A stretch of DNA of 64,000 bases from a virus: IMG/VR virus record IMGVR_UViG_3300032291_003216, positions 6,207 to 70,206 of that record. The stretch is one strand, 5' to 3'. Below the pieces are notes generated by a model. The model was given only the letters and a program-made list of their open reading frames with translations, was not told the origin of the DNA and made no database searches. A program made the translations under genes and the position numbers. Positions 53,882 through 63,321 of this stretch are shown here, one piece after another. The first letter of the stretch is position 1. Each line of letters starts with the position of its first letter.

Positions 53882-56716
53882 CTACGCCTCCTTCAGGTTG
53901 CGCCCCACGCTCGCCTCGGCCGTAAGCGGCACGTCCCAGCCGGGGATGCGCACGGTCATGCACTCCTCGACCTGCTTCCGCAGCTTCTCCAACTCGGGAG
54001 GCAGCGCCTCGCCCTTCGCCGGCTTCCATCCCGCGAGGCCCGGCGGCGCGTCCACCTCGACCGCGACGGAGTCGTGGCACTGGTGGATGAGGCCCGTCCT
54101 GCGCCCGAGATCCCATGGGAACGCATGGACCAGCGCCTGCTCTGCGAGCCGCATGCAGCTTGCCTCGGCAGCGAGGATGGGGAAGTTCACGACCTCCTGC
54201 TTCTTGCCGTCGCTCAGCAGGCCCGAGCGCCGCCCCATGACCGGCTCTTCCATGAAGCCTTGGCGCTTGTAGATCGCCTGCATGGCGTCCCACGCCGTGA
54301 GCCACTCGGGCTCGGTCTTCAGCCACGTCTCGTGGAAGTGGCGGACCTCTTTGGTTGTCATGCCGAGGTACGGTAGCTCGCCGCTGTCGGACTCGGTCGA
54401 CGTGAGCACCTGCCAGATGGTCGCAGGATCGGCCGCATACGCAGCCGCGTACCGGAACGTCTTCGAGATGTCGCGCATAGCTTTCGCCATGCCGGAACCT
54501 GGCTTGCGCTGGATGCTGAACCCATCGGGTCCCCATCCGTCCGCGTTCTTGAACTTATCCCCGAACAGCGCCAGCGCAAGGGCGTTGTGCGGATCTTTCC
54601 CTTCGACGAAGCCCTCGATCAACGTCGGGATCTTCCAGTAGTTCGCGATGATGCGGAGGTGCGCCTGGTCGAGGTCGGCGCCCACCAGCAGGTGCCCCGG
54701 CTCCGCGGCGAACAGGGTCTTCAGCTTGCCCTGTCCCTTGCGGCTGCCGATGTTCTGGAGGTTCGGGCCGCTCGAGGAGAGGCGGCCGGGGGCCGTGACG
54801 TGCGCGTTCCACGTCGACCGCACGCGCCCGTCGCTGTGCCAGATGAGCCCTTTGTTCGGATCGTAGGTAGTGAGGTTCAGCGGTAGCAGCACGGTGCCGA
54901 GGATCTTGTTCTTCTCCCGGCGGTAAAGGCGCAGCTCGCGGATGAAGTCCTCCTGCTCCTTCGACAGGCGCCCACCGGCGAGGTGGCCGCGGAGCACCTT
55001 GTCGCCCGTGCCGGGCATCCCCGACGCCGTGTAGAAGTCGCGCGCCTCCATCTGCGGCGGGATGCCGAGCTTCCACGTCTCGTAGAGCAGGTCGCGGATC
55101 TGGTCGGCGCTGCCGGGCTTCACGCCCACGACCTCGTCGCCGTCGTCGTTGGAGCCCGCGCTCTTGAGGTCGAGCTTCCCAAGGCCCACCGCGTAGGACA
55201 ACTCCGCGAGCCGCTTCTCGCGCTTCGCCACGCTGGCGCGCGTGTCCATCTCCATCTTGAACCGCGCCTCCTGGTCGACGTACACGCCGATCTTGTGGAG
55301 GTTCACGCACATGTCCTGCGTGGCGTGGTCCAGCTCGTGCAAGTCCCACCGGCGGCTGTCCCACCCGACGGGGCGCAGCGCCTCGGGCAGGTCGCGGAAG
55401 GCGCCGACCTCCTCCGCCGCGTCCATCAACGGCACGACGATGCGCGCGTTCACGGTGCTGTCGGTGCAGTTGTAGGCGAGCCGGTCCCAGTCGTCGACCT
55501 TGCCGTGCGCGAGGCTCTCGCCCTTCTCCGTCGTCTCCCATCGGTCGACGTCGGTGAGCACGGAGCCGACGACCTTCAGCCCCTTCGGCAGTTCGGGTGC
55601 CCGGAACCGGGCCGCGAACAGCGTGTCGATGATGGGCAGCGGCGTGACGCCGAGCCACTGCTCGACCACCTGACGGTCGTATGAACCAGCGTTATGACCC
55701 ACCTTGACCTTGGTCGTGTCCAATAGGAACCGGCGTAGGATGCCGAGGATCCGCGCCTCGTCGTGCGGCGCGTAGAATCGCGTATGGCCGTCGCCACTCA
55801 GGATGTTGAGGCCCATGACCCCGGCGCGCCGCGCCTCGATCTGGCCCTCGCGCAGCGCCCGCCCCGCCATGTTGAGGTCGGGGTGCGCGATGGCGATGGA
55901 GCGCACCTTGCACGTCATCGCCTCGATGCCGTCCGTCTCGAGGTCGTACGCCCAGAACGGCATGTCCTGATCGAGGAACGCCTCCAGCTCATCGGGCGTC
56001 GGGTTGAACGTGCGCTCCGGCTCGGTCCACCGAAGCTGCCCCGAGAACCAGCGCATCGCCTTGCCGAGGTCCGCCTGCATCGTTGCGCGCCACCCCGGAG
56101 CCTTCTGGACGAAGCCGGGATGGAACGTAGGGAACACTCGCCGCAGCGCGCCTTCGGGCCGTGCGTCGCCCGCCAGCGGCGTTTCCATGAGCGCTTGCCA
56201 GTTCTCGTCGACCCACACCGGGCCGCCGCGCAGCGCGAAGATGGACTGCGCCTTCGCCGTCAGGGCGTTGGCCGCCGACCGGCCGAGCGCGATGATGTTC
56301 TCGTAATCTTCTGCCTCCTTGAGTAGACGGGGGCGGCAGCACGAGATAGGGTCCGGGAGGGCCGGGAGCCCAGTAACAAGACGCCGGCGGTTCTCCTTGT
56401 CGAGCGCCTTGGTCATCTTCTCCCATGCGTTCGGCTGCGCGCCTGCGTTGCACGCGACGACATGGGTGAGGCTGATGTCGGTGCGCTTGCGGCCCGTGGC
56501 GAGGAGCGCGAGGTTCCACTCGCCGCCGCTGCGGCCGGACAGCGGGCGTTCGTTGGCGGCGTCGTCGACACCTGGCGACTCGGCCACCGCCAGCACGACG
56601 GCGTTCTCGTGGATCTCCGGCGCGACCGGGCGCCACGGCCCGTCGCGATGGCTGCCCTTGGGGCCAAGCGGACACTCGTCGCAGCGTGCCCCACAGGCAC
56701 GAGGGTCGTAGCTCAT
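53882..56716 (-). CDS. polA: family A DNA polymerase with N-terminal UDG-like and 3'-5' exonuclease domains
   Basis: AESPG/HPGF (UDG); YDLET, HNAGSYD, YNCTD (exo); GRLSSSGPNLQN, DLDQAH, RDISKTFRY, HDS (pol). Confidence 0.92.
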   Translation of the reverse strand: MSYDPRACGARCDECPLGPKGSHRDGPWRPVAPEIHENAVVLAVAESPGVDDAANERPLSGRSGGEWNLALLATGRKRTDISLTHVVACNAGAQPNAWEKMTKALDKENRRRLVTGLPALPDPISCCRPRLLKEAEDYENIIALGRSAANALTAKAQSIFALRGGPVWVDENWQALMETPLAGDARPEGALRRVFPTFHPGFVQKAPGWRATMQADLGKAMRWFSGQLRWTEPERTFNPTPDELEAFLDQDMPFWAYDLETDGIEAMTCKVRSIAIAHPDLNMAGRALREGQIEARRAGVMGLNILSGDGHTRFYAPHDEARILGILRRFLLDTTKVKVGHNAGSYDRQVVEQWLGVTPLPIIDTLFAARFRAPELPKGLKVVGSVLTDVDRWETTEKGESLAHGKVDDWDRLAYNCTDSTVNARIVVPLMDAAEEVGAFRDLPEALRPVGWDSRRWDLHELDHATQDMCVNLHKIGVYVDQEARFKMEMDTRASVAKREKRLAELSYAVGLGKLDLKSAGSNDDGDEVVGVKPGSADQIRDLLYETWKLGIPPQMEARDFYTASGMPGTGDKVLRGHLAGGRLSKEQEDFIRELRLYRREKNKILGTVLLPLNLTTYDPNKGLIWHSDGRVRSTWNAHVTAPGRLSSSGPNLQNIGSRKGQGKLKTLFAAEPGHLLVGADLDQAHLRIIANYWKIPTLIEGFVEGKDPHNALALALFGDKFKNADGWGPDGFSIQRKPGSGMAKAMRDISKTFRYAAAYAADPATIWQVLTSTESDSGELPYLGMTTKEVRHFHETWLKTEPEWLTAWDAMQAIYKRQGFMEEPVMGRRSGLLSDGKKQEVVNFPILAAEASCMRLAEQALVHAFPWDLGRRTGLIHQCHDSVAVEVDAPPGLAGWKPAKGEALPPELEKLRKQVEECMTVRIPGWDVPLTAEASVGRNLKEA

Positions 56717-57150
56717 CGGGCGCCCTTCGGCGGGTAGAAGACGGCGACGGCCGACGGGAACGGCGCGCTGTTCTTGGAGTCGCCGAACTTGAGGCGGCCG
56801 CGGATGAACGTCACCGTCGCCATCGGCAGCACGTAGTCGTGCCACCATGCCGTGTCCGTACGGGCTGGCAGGAGGCAGACGACGGTCGCGCCGTTGCGGC
56901 TCTCGTTGTACGCCTTCTTGACCCACTGACCGATCTCGCGACCGTAGGGCGGGTTCATCCAGCAGACGTCGAGGGACCAGTCCTGCTTCAGTCCGTTCGC
57001 CTCACGGTCGAAGAAGCGGGCGCACTTCGCGTTGTCCGCGTCCGCGCACACGTCGAGCGTGAAGCCGAAGATGGCGTTCCACTCGTTGAAGAACTCGATG
57101 GGAGTGGCCCACTGGTCCGTGGCCGACGAGAACATGAGATCGGTGTTCAT
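56713..57150 (-). CDS. dam: phage DNA N6-adenine methyltransferase (Dam, PF05869-type)
   Basis: DQWATP, FTLDVCA, WMNPPY, LLPARTDT, GRLKF, APFPS. Confidence 0.9.
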   Translation of the reverse strand: MNTDLMFSSATDQWATPIEFFNEWNAIFGFTLDVCADADNAKCARFFDREANGLKQDWSLDVCWMNPPYGREIGQWVKKAYNESRNGATVVCLLPARTDTAWWHDYVLPMATVTFIRGRLKFGDSKNSAPFPSAVAVFYPPKGAR

Positions 57151-57165
57151 GCCACCCCGTATCCT

Positions 57166-57178
57166 TACCGAGGCGGCA
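57166..57178. promoter_or_regulatory. operator upstream of dam/polA
   Basis: TACCG-AGG-CGGCA next to TTGTCA (minus strand). Confidence 0.55.
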
Positions 57179-57187
57179 TGACAAGCT

Positions 57188-57478
57188 CTAAGGTAGCACT
57201 CGCTCAAGGCAGCGGAGCAACTCGACCGCCTCTTGGTGAGTGAGTGTGTTCTCCGACATTGAGGTCGGTCCAGTAATCACGATGCGCACGGCGTCGAACG
57301 AGGAGCGCTCCTTGGTCTTCGCGTTTGTCCCGGTGTCGCGCGTCTCTTCAACGAGGACGCTGATGGGGTTCCCGATCTCGTTCGTGAACTTCTTCGCCGC
57401 ACGCTTCTTCGGGCCACGCCGAGAAGGCGCCTCCGCCTCACGGCGGAGCTTCTCCTTCATCTCAGCGTAATCCGCCAT
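57188..57478 (-). CDS. hypothetical protein
   Basis: GGAG RBS; own extended -10 TG-C-TATGCT. Confidence 0.6.
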   Translation of the reverse strand: MADYAEMKEKLRREAEAPSRRGPKKRAAKKFTNEIGNPISVLVEETRDTGTNAKTKERSSFDAVRIVITGPTSMSENTLTHQEAVELLRCLERVLP

Positions 57479-57506
57479 CGCGCACTCCGGTCGCGACGAG
57501 CATAGC

Positions 57507-57541
57507 AAAAACGAGAACGCCCCGCCACTAAGGGCGGGGCG
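57507..57541 (-). terminator. intrinsic terminator after SSB
   Basis: cgccccgcc/ggcggggcg stem followed by TTCTCGTTTTT on the minus strand. Confidence 0.7.
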
Positions 57542-57557
57542 CTGTCAGCCGCTGCGC

Positions 57558-58175
57558 TTAGCGGGCGACGCCGACGGCCGGGGGCGGCGGGAGACGAAGA
57601 CCGCCGGCGGGAGCCGGGGCCACCGCCTGCACCGGGGCCGCGATGGACGCGGACGGGGAGGCCGGGATGCCGGCCGGAACCGCCGGAGCGGTGCGCTGCG
57701 GGGGCACGCCACCGGCCTGCGCCACGGGCTTGGCGCCCGACGCGACGGCCTTCTCGTACTGCTCCTTCGAGAGGAACTTGTTGATCTTGGCGTAGGAACC
57801 CTGCACGCCCTGCTGGCCGGGTACGAACTCGACGTACGCCTTGCGGCCGCCGTTCGTCCCGGAGACGAACCACGCGTCGCTGATGTCGTTGTTCTCGATC
57901 TCCTCGTTGGTGAAGCCGAAGGAGGAGAGGATGGTCTTCAGGGCGGCGATGCGGCCCTTGAAGCTCTTCTCGGGGAGGCCGTCCACCGGGACGTGGAGGA
58001 ACTCGAACATCTTGAAGCCGTTGGGGAACTCGACCGTGAAGCGGCGCGCGTCCTGCTTGTCGCCGGCCTTGTACTCGACGCTGATGCCGGACACCTCGTA
58101 GTAGCCCGCCTCGGGCTGGGAGGAACCGAGGACGGAGACGCCCTTGAAGCTGGCGCCGCTGATGCTGAAAGACAT
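57558..58175 (-). CDS. putative single-stranded DNA-binding protein (DUF669-like)
   Basis: PEAGYY, OB-fold-like pattern, P/A tail; follows the Sak4-like gene. Confidence 0.6.
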   Translation of the reverse strand: MSFSISGASFKGVSVLGSSQPEAGYYEVSGISVEYKAGDKQDARRFTVEFPNGFKMFEFLHVPVDGLPEKSFKGRIAALKTILSSFGFTNEEIENNDISDAWFVSGTNGGRKAYVEFVPGQQGVQGSYAKINKFLSKEQYEKAVASGAKPVAQAGGVPPQRTAPAVPAGIPASPSASIAAPVQAVAPAPAGGLRLPPPPAVGVAR

Positions 58176-58220
58176 AGGAACTCCGAACGTGGTGGTCTTG
58201 GTGGTGATGAGAGCGAACGA

Positions 58221-59210
58221 CTACCCGACGGAAGGAGGAGGCACAGGCACGCCGCCGCCCTTCTTGGGTTCATCCTTCGGCGCGAGGTCGAAGAGGTTCC
58301 TCGCCTTGCGCTTGAGGAACGTAGCGCGGGCAATACCATCTTGGCAAGCCCAGCGGAGATGAATTTGTTGATGGCCCGCGTGGAACAGCGGATGCTCCTC
58401 AGAGATAGCCTTGATGGAACCGTGCACATCGCCGGACGCGAGGATGCGCTCGGACAACGCGTCGGCCAGATCGTCCTGCCACTCAAGCCCCGCGACGCGG
58501 GTCAGCGCGTACCCGCCCGCCGAGGCACGCAGGATCTCGCGGAGGTTGCCGGGGGTCTTCGCCCAGCACACGCCGGTGCGATCTCCGGTGACCCACTCCG
58601 GCGACGTCGGGTCGCAGAAGTAGGTGCCGGGGAACCACGGGTCGGGGTAGGTCGAGTCGACCATCGCGCGCACGTTGATGTCGCACCAGCTCGGGAGCGT
58701 CTCAACCTGATTGCGGCTCGGCACGTTCGGGCCGCCGGGGCAGAAGAACCCCTCGGCGTTCGTGCCCGGCATGCGCTCGTGGAACGTGAAGGCGAGATGC
58801 ACGCCCATGTGGCGGCACAGGCCGGACAGCATCAGCAGGTACTTGTTGAGCTGCTGGTAGGCGTAGAACTTGTCCTTCTTCCCGCTCTTCCCGGCAGGCG
58901 CCTCTTCGTTCCAGACCATCATGCTGCGGTCGCAGATGTGGCTGGCGTCGTCGATGATGATGGCGCCGTACTGCTTCGCCATCCCCGTCTTGTGGACGTA
59001 GTCGAGCAGGACGACCAGCTCGTGCAGCGTCTGCGGCGGCTCGGGGTGGACGGCGGGCGTGAAGCCCAGCTCGTTCTGCGCGACGAGCGTGATGGCGCTC
59101 GGGACACCGATGCACAGCGCGGTCGGGAACGCCGCCAGCACGTCGGACGTCTTCTTCTTCTTGGGTTTCCCGTACACCGTCACCATGACGGTCGGGTTGT
59201 CGGTGGTCAT
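58221..59210 (-). CDS. Sak4-like AAA_24 ATPase/recombinase
   Basis: VTVYG..KT, IIIDDAS, FTFHE, LPSWCD. Confidence 0.7.
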   Translation of the reverse strand: MTTDNPTVMVTVYGKPKKKKTSDVLAAFPTALCIGVPSAITLVAQNELGFTPAVHPEPPQTLHELVVLLDYVHKTGMAKQYGAIIIDDASHICDRSMMVWNEEAPAGKSGKKDKFYAYQQLNKYLLMLSGLCRHMGVHLAFTFHERMPGTNAEGFFCPGGPNVPSRNQVETLPSWCDINVRAMVDSTYPDPWFPGTYFCDPTSPEWVTGDRTGVCWAKTPGNLREILRASAGGYALTRVAGLEWQDDLADALSERILASGDVHGSIKAISEEHPLFHAGHQQIHLRWACQDGIARATFLKRKARNLFDLAPKDEPKKGGGVPVPPPSVG

Positions 59211-59271
59211 TCGTGGCACTCCGACCCGGTGGTCTGCATCGTCGCTGGGTCGAAGACGACGAAGCACACGC

Positions 59272-60258
59272 TCAAGCCCGAGGCCCGAGCGCGCAAAGGT
59301 TGAGCCCGGCACAGGCTCCGTACCGGCCGTAGCACGACAGTTCGTTCTGCGCCTTCGGCCAGTCCCAGTAGTCGGTGGTCATGTCGAGCTGGGCGATCTG
59401 GTGCTCTGCCCACCAGAGCCACTTGGCGAAGCCAGCGTCGCGGTGAGGGGTCGACGGCACCTGAACGCGCGCTACGCGGCCCAGTTGCGTCGAGGAGATG
59501 AGGTTCAGGGTCAGGCCGCCGAAGGCCGCACCGTAGAGCTGCTTGCCCATGATGCGGAACGCCGCAAACCCTCCGTCGATAGCGTAGGCCGTAGCGCTGC
59601 TTTCCGCACTTACGGACGCCTGATGTTTGTGGTCCCAGATGTAGTAGCGTCCCGACTGGTCGCGTGTTACGAGGTCCATGCGGCGCGTGAGCGTGATGGG
59701 ACGCCCATGCTCTCGGTGGTCGGGCATGTGTAGCGGCGTCACCTCGATGTCGGCACCGTCGAGACTCCGCCACGCGCCGCCCACCTCTTCGCCAACCCAC
59801 AGACCCCACTCGCCGCGCAGCGTGCCCAGCACCGCCGTGACGGATGCCTCCACCGCGATCACGTCGCCGGGGCTCTCTGGGAACTTGGCGAGGTAGGCGT
59901 GGAACACCTTGAGCATGTGCGGCAGAAGCTCGTGGCTCCCGTACTTGTCGCACCACGCCTGCGCCGCGTCCTCCGGCTCCATGAACACCGAGGGGTCGGA
60001 GTAGTGGGCCTCGTCCACGACGACGCCCTGCGGCTGCCCCGCGCCCCAGATGGCGTGTAGGTGCGCCTGGAGCGTGTGGCCGATGCTCCCTTTCGCCAGC
60101 GCCTCGATGGGCGGGGCGATGTTGGGGGAGCGCCCCAGCTCGTCGACCATCCGCGCGGAGCGGTTCTGGTAGGCGAAGAGCTGGGGGCACTTGGCGAAAT
60201 TGCCGATGCGGCTCCAGCCTCGGCTGGACTTCCCGGCGTCGATGAGCATCTTGGTCAT
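59272..60258 (-). CDS. PD-(D/E)XK Cas4/AddB-like exonuclease
   Basis: KCPQ, GSIGH, RMDLV...WDHK, C-terminal C..C..C. Confidence 0.8.
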   Translation of the reverse strand: MTKMLIDAGKSSRGWSRIGNFAKCPQLFAYQNRSARMVDELGRSPNIAPPIEALAKGSIGHTLQAHLHAIWGAGQPQGVVVDEAHYSDPSVFMEPEDAAQAWCDKYGSHELLPHMLKVFHAYLAKFPESPGDVIAVEASVTAVLGTLRGEWGLWVGEEVGGAWRSLDGADIEVTPLHMPDHREHGRPITLTRRMDLVTRDQSGRYYIWDHKHQASVSAESSATAYAIDGGFAAFRIMGKQLYGAAFGGLTLNLISSTQLGRVARVQVPSTPHRDAGFAKWLWWAEHQIAQLDMTTDYWDWPKAQNELSCYGRYGACAGLNLCALGPRA

Positions 60259-60312
60259 GGCGTCACTCTATACCTATAGGTACGGATGCGCCACCCGACC
60301 ACACGCTATTCT

Positions 60313-60954
60313 TCAAGCGAGCACCCACCGATACGCCTCCGCTCCCGACGACCACTTCTTGCCGGGAATCGCCTCACGCCGCCAGCCGTGCCGTTCCAGC
60401 CATTCGGCCTCTGTCCCGGAGGGGCACGCGCGATGGATCCATCGGGTCAACTCCGTGACCCCAGCCGCGGCGAGCCCGCTGGCCCTGCCGTTTGCGTAGC
60501 GCGACCGTCGTTCGCCTGAGTCTCCGACAGAGAACGCCGCACGGCGCACGCCATCCTGCGTCCATCCAGAGCAGCGATAAACGTGTCCCGTGTGGCCCAG
60601 AGAAGCGTCAGAGTAAGTGACGAGCACCGGCCAACGTCCGCGGTCGATACGGTCGCGCATCTGCCTCCGCAGCGCCTTGGAGATTTTCTGCAAACGACGC
60701 TCACTACGCGGAACCGCGACCATTCTCGACAGGGCGAGAACTCCGGCCCCCCCCGGCGCGGACGACAACTGTTTTGCGGCTCCCGGAGGCGGCGGCGACC
60801 ACACGAACGCGGCCACCGGAGCGCCGTCTTCGATGACGGCGAAACAATAAACCGCGATCCGACCGACGGACTTGTAGCCGTGGTGCGCCTCAAAAAGATG
60901 CTGAACGTCCGACAGCGCACACGCGCGAAGATCGATGGGCTCTCTGTCAGACAT
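60313..60954 (-). CDS. Mom-family adenine modification enzyme (GNAT fold)
   Basis: HHGY, LSRMV, LVTYSD..GHTGHVYRCSGW. Confidence 0.75.
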   Translation of the reverse strand: MSDREPIDLRACALSDVQHLFEAHHGYKSVGRIAVYCFAVIEDGAPVAAFVWSPPPPGAAKQLSSAPGGAGVLALSRMVAVPRSERRLQKISKALRRQMRDRIDRGRWPVLVTYSDASLGHTGHVYRCSGWTQDGVRRAAFSVGDSGERRSRYANGRASGLAAAGVTELTRWIHRACPSGTEAEWLERHGWRREAIPGKKWSSGAEAYRWVLA

Positions 60955-62879
60955 CACGAGTCCTCTTCCTCGACGAACAGCTTGGACACGACGTCGTCCA
61001 TGAGGGCCTCGCGGTCCTCCATGCCGAGGAGCTTGTCGCCCATGCCGTCCAGCTCGTCCGCCGCGAGGAACTGCTCGATGGGGCCGAACTTGTCGGTCAG
61101 GATCTCGACGACGCGCTCGTCGTAGGTCGCCGCAGCGACGACGACCTTCAGCAGCGTGGCCCGCCCGCCATGCCGGTCGAACCGACCACGCCACTGAAGG
61201 AAGTCACCGGGCTTCCACGGAAGCATCGCGAAGATAGCGAGGTCCGCCGTCTGCATGCCGTCGACCGCGATCCCGAAAGCCTGGCCCGTGCCAACGAGGC
61301 AACACGGGCCAGAGCTGTTTCGGAACCCGTCGATCATGTCGTTGCGCTCGGACTCGCTTACGCCGCCGTGCCCAACCCAGACCGTCGCGTTCGTCGCCTC
61401 GTCACCGGTAGAGACGGCCTTGCGGATCGCCTCACCCCAGCGCTCAGCTTCCCGGCGGCGTGCCGTGAAGACGATGACCTTGCCCCCACCCTTCAGCCCT
61501 TCAAGGGCCTCCGAGACGACGTAGCCACGCTTCCGCGAACACGCCTCCGCAAGACGCGCCTCAATGAGGCGTTCTCGCGCCGGCACATCTTCATAATCAC
61601 CCCGCGTCTGACGTGCAAGCTGTTTGATAGCTTGATCGAAGGTTTGTGCGTCGTCGTAGCGCTCCGCCTTGTCCTGCGTGTCGACCGGCAGGTAGACGAC
61701 TTGAACGCGCGTCGGCGGCAGGCTGGAGTGGCTCTCGGTGTACGGAACCTCGTGCGTGAAGAAGGAGCAGCGCGCCCGAAGCTCGTCGATGTTGCTGCTC
61801 CCCTTGTCGTCGAAGCCGCCGTAGGGGTTCGGGGTCGCGTCGCAGTAGCGCTCCGCGAAGCGACGGTAGCTGTGCGCAAAGCCGCCGGGGGAGAGCAGGT
61901 CGAGCTGCGCCCAGAGGCGGCGCGGGCGCCCGTCGTCGAGCGGCGTGGCGGTGAGGCCGATGCGGAGCGCGAGACTCGGCAGCCGGCTCACGTCCATGAT
62001 GGCGACAGACCATGCGTCGCGGTCGCCGCTGGCGGTCTGGCGGCGGCTGAAGTCGACCGTGCCGTCGGACTTGTTGACCGCCTTCCACCGCTTGCTCTGC
62101 CCGTGGATGTGTAGCTCGTCGAGGATCAGCACCTCGGGCTCCAGCTTCATCACGAAGTCGAGGTGGTCGTTGAGCGACTCGGCCCCGACCACGACGAAGC
62201 GGCGCTGCCCCGTCTGCGCGCAGTGCGCCGTGTACTGCGGCCACGTCATGTCGCTCTTACGGCGCTCGCTCTCGGGGGTCAGCCGCCACGGCAGGATGTT
62301 CGTGTACTGCTGAACTTGTGTCCACCAGACGTGCCTGGCTTTGGCCGGGCAGATGACGAGGACCGTGCCGGGCCGCGTCAGTGCGTCGACCAGCGCACCC
62401 GCAGTTTTGCCGCTTCCGCACCCCCAGACCTTCATCACCCACGGTCGAGTGGCCGCCCATGCAGCTCCCCTCACCTGATAAGGCGTTGCCATCGCCTCGA
62501 CGTGCGGCTTCAGCTCGCCACGCGCGACGTGCCCCTTGATGAGGCGGCGACCGTTCTCCTCAAGCAGGCCGAGGCCATCGGTGTCCTGCGGCCATGGCGT
62601 GATGGTGTGCGCTCCAGCCTTCGGCTCGGCTTGCCAGCCGCCGATGCTCCACCCGACGAGGAAGTGCTCGACCATGAACGCGGCGTGGACCGGCGCGTAC
62701 AGCTCGATGTGCGACGGCGAGCCGTCGTCAGGCCACTCGTTCTTGGTGAGGCGGTACTTCTTGCGGCCACGGACGGCCCACGCGAGGACGCCGGGAATGT
62801 TCTGCTCCAGCGCGACGGCGTGCTGGGCGTAGGTGGAGGGCTCAGGTAGTCGGTACTGGTAGTGAGGCAGATGCCACAT
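60954..62879 (-). CDS. SNF2-like SF2 helicase
   Basis: PYQ, GSGKT, DELH, TATP, QWRGRFDR. Confidence 0.88.
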   Translation of the reverse strand: MWHLPHYQYRLPEPSTYAQHAVALEQNIPGVLAWAVRGRKKYRLTKNEWPDDGSPSHIELYAPVHAAFMVEHFLVGWSIGGWQAEPKAGAHTITPWPQDTDGLGLLEENGRRLIKGHVARGELKPHVEAMATPYQVRGAAWAATRPWVMKVWGCGSGKTAGALVDALTRPGTVLVICPAKARHVWWTQVQQYTNILPWRLTPESERRKSDMTWPQYTAHCAQTGQRRFVVVGAESLNDHLDFVMKLEPEVLILDELHIHGQSKRWKAVNKSDGTVDFSRRQTASGDRDAWSVAIMDVSRLPSLALRIGLTATPLDDGRPRRLWAQLDLLSPGGFAHSYRRFAERYCDATPNPYGGFDDKGSSNIDELRARCSFFTHEVPYTESHSSLPPTRVQVVYLPVDTQDKAERYDDAQTFDQAIKQLARQTRGDYEDVPARERLIEARLAEACSRKRGYVVSEALEGLKGGGKVIVFTARRREAERWGEAIRKAVSTGDEATNATVWVGHGGVSESERNDMIDGFRNSSGPCCLVGTGQAFGIAVDGMQTADLAIFAMLPWKPGDFLQWRGRFDRHGGRATLLKVVVAAATYDERVVEILTDKFGPIEQFLAADELDGMGDKLLGMEDREALMDDVVSKLFVEEEDS

Positions 62880-62901
62880 GGTCGTTCTCCAAGGCACCAG
62901 C

Positions 62902-62965
62902 AGCGTAGCGCGCGTCTACCGCAGCGGCAAGGCTTCTTGACAACACGGTAACGCTGCGGTAGATA
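62902..62965. promoter_or_regulatory. divergent promoters with three operators
   Basis: TTGCCG-N17-TACGCT (-), TTGACA-N17-TAGATA (+); operators at 62917, 62938, 62949. Confidence 0.7.
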
Positions 62966-63000
62966 GATGCCACGGGCCGCCGATGGCCCCCGGAGGCATC

Positions 63001-63321
63001 ATGGAAGACGGTCCTACCAGCGTCATCGACCCCTCGACCGACCTATTCATCATCACGATTGAAACGCACCGACGAGCGAGGCACTGGTCCTTCGCCGAGC
63101 TGGCGCGTCGCGGCGGCCTAACGCAGCCCGAAGTCAGTCGCGTCGTTCACGGCATCCGCATGCCGACCCTGCGCCACGTCCGCGGCTTGGCCGAGGCGTT
63201 CGCCTCTGCCCCGTCCGCGCTGCCCGGTGAGCCGCCGACGATGGCCGAGTGGGTCGCCCTGCTCGTCGACCTGGCCGAAGCGGCCCGCCTCTCGGTGCGT
63301 ACGCGCGAGCCGTCTGCGTGA
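63001..63321 (+). CDS. XRE-family HTH transcriptional regulator
   Basis: WSFAELARRGGLTQPEVSRVVHGIRMPTL. Confidence 0.85.
   Translation: MEDGPTSVIDPSTDLFIITIETHRRARHWSFAELARRGGLTQPEVSRVVHGIRMPTLRHVRGLAEAFASAPSALPGEPPTMAEWVALLVDLAEAARLSVRTREPSA

Noticed and set aside
59272-60258. Cas4 of a CRISPR system
   Set aside because: Sits in the nuclease-Sak4-SSB recombination module typical of phages
60273-60284. Palindrome TACCTATAGGTA as an operator copy
   Set aside because: 12 bp with different half-site spacing from the 13-bp consensus; may simply be a -10 region
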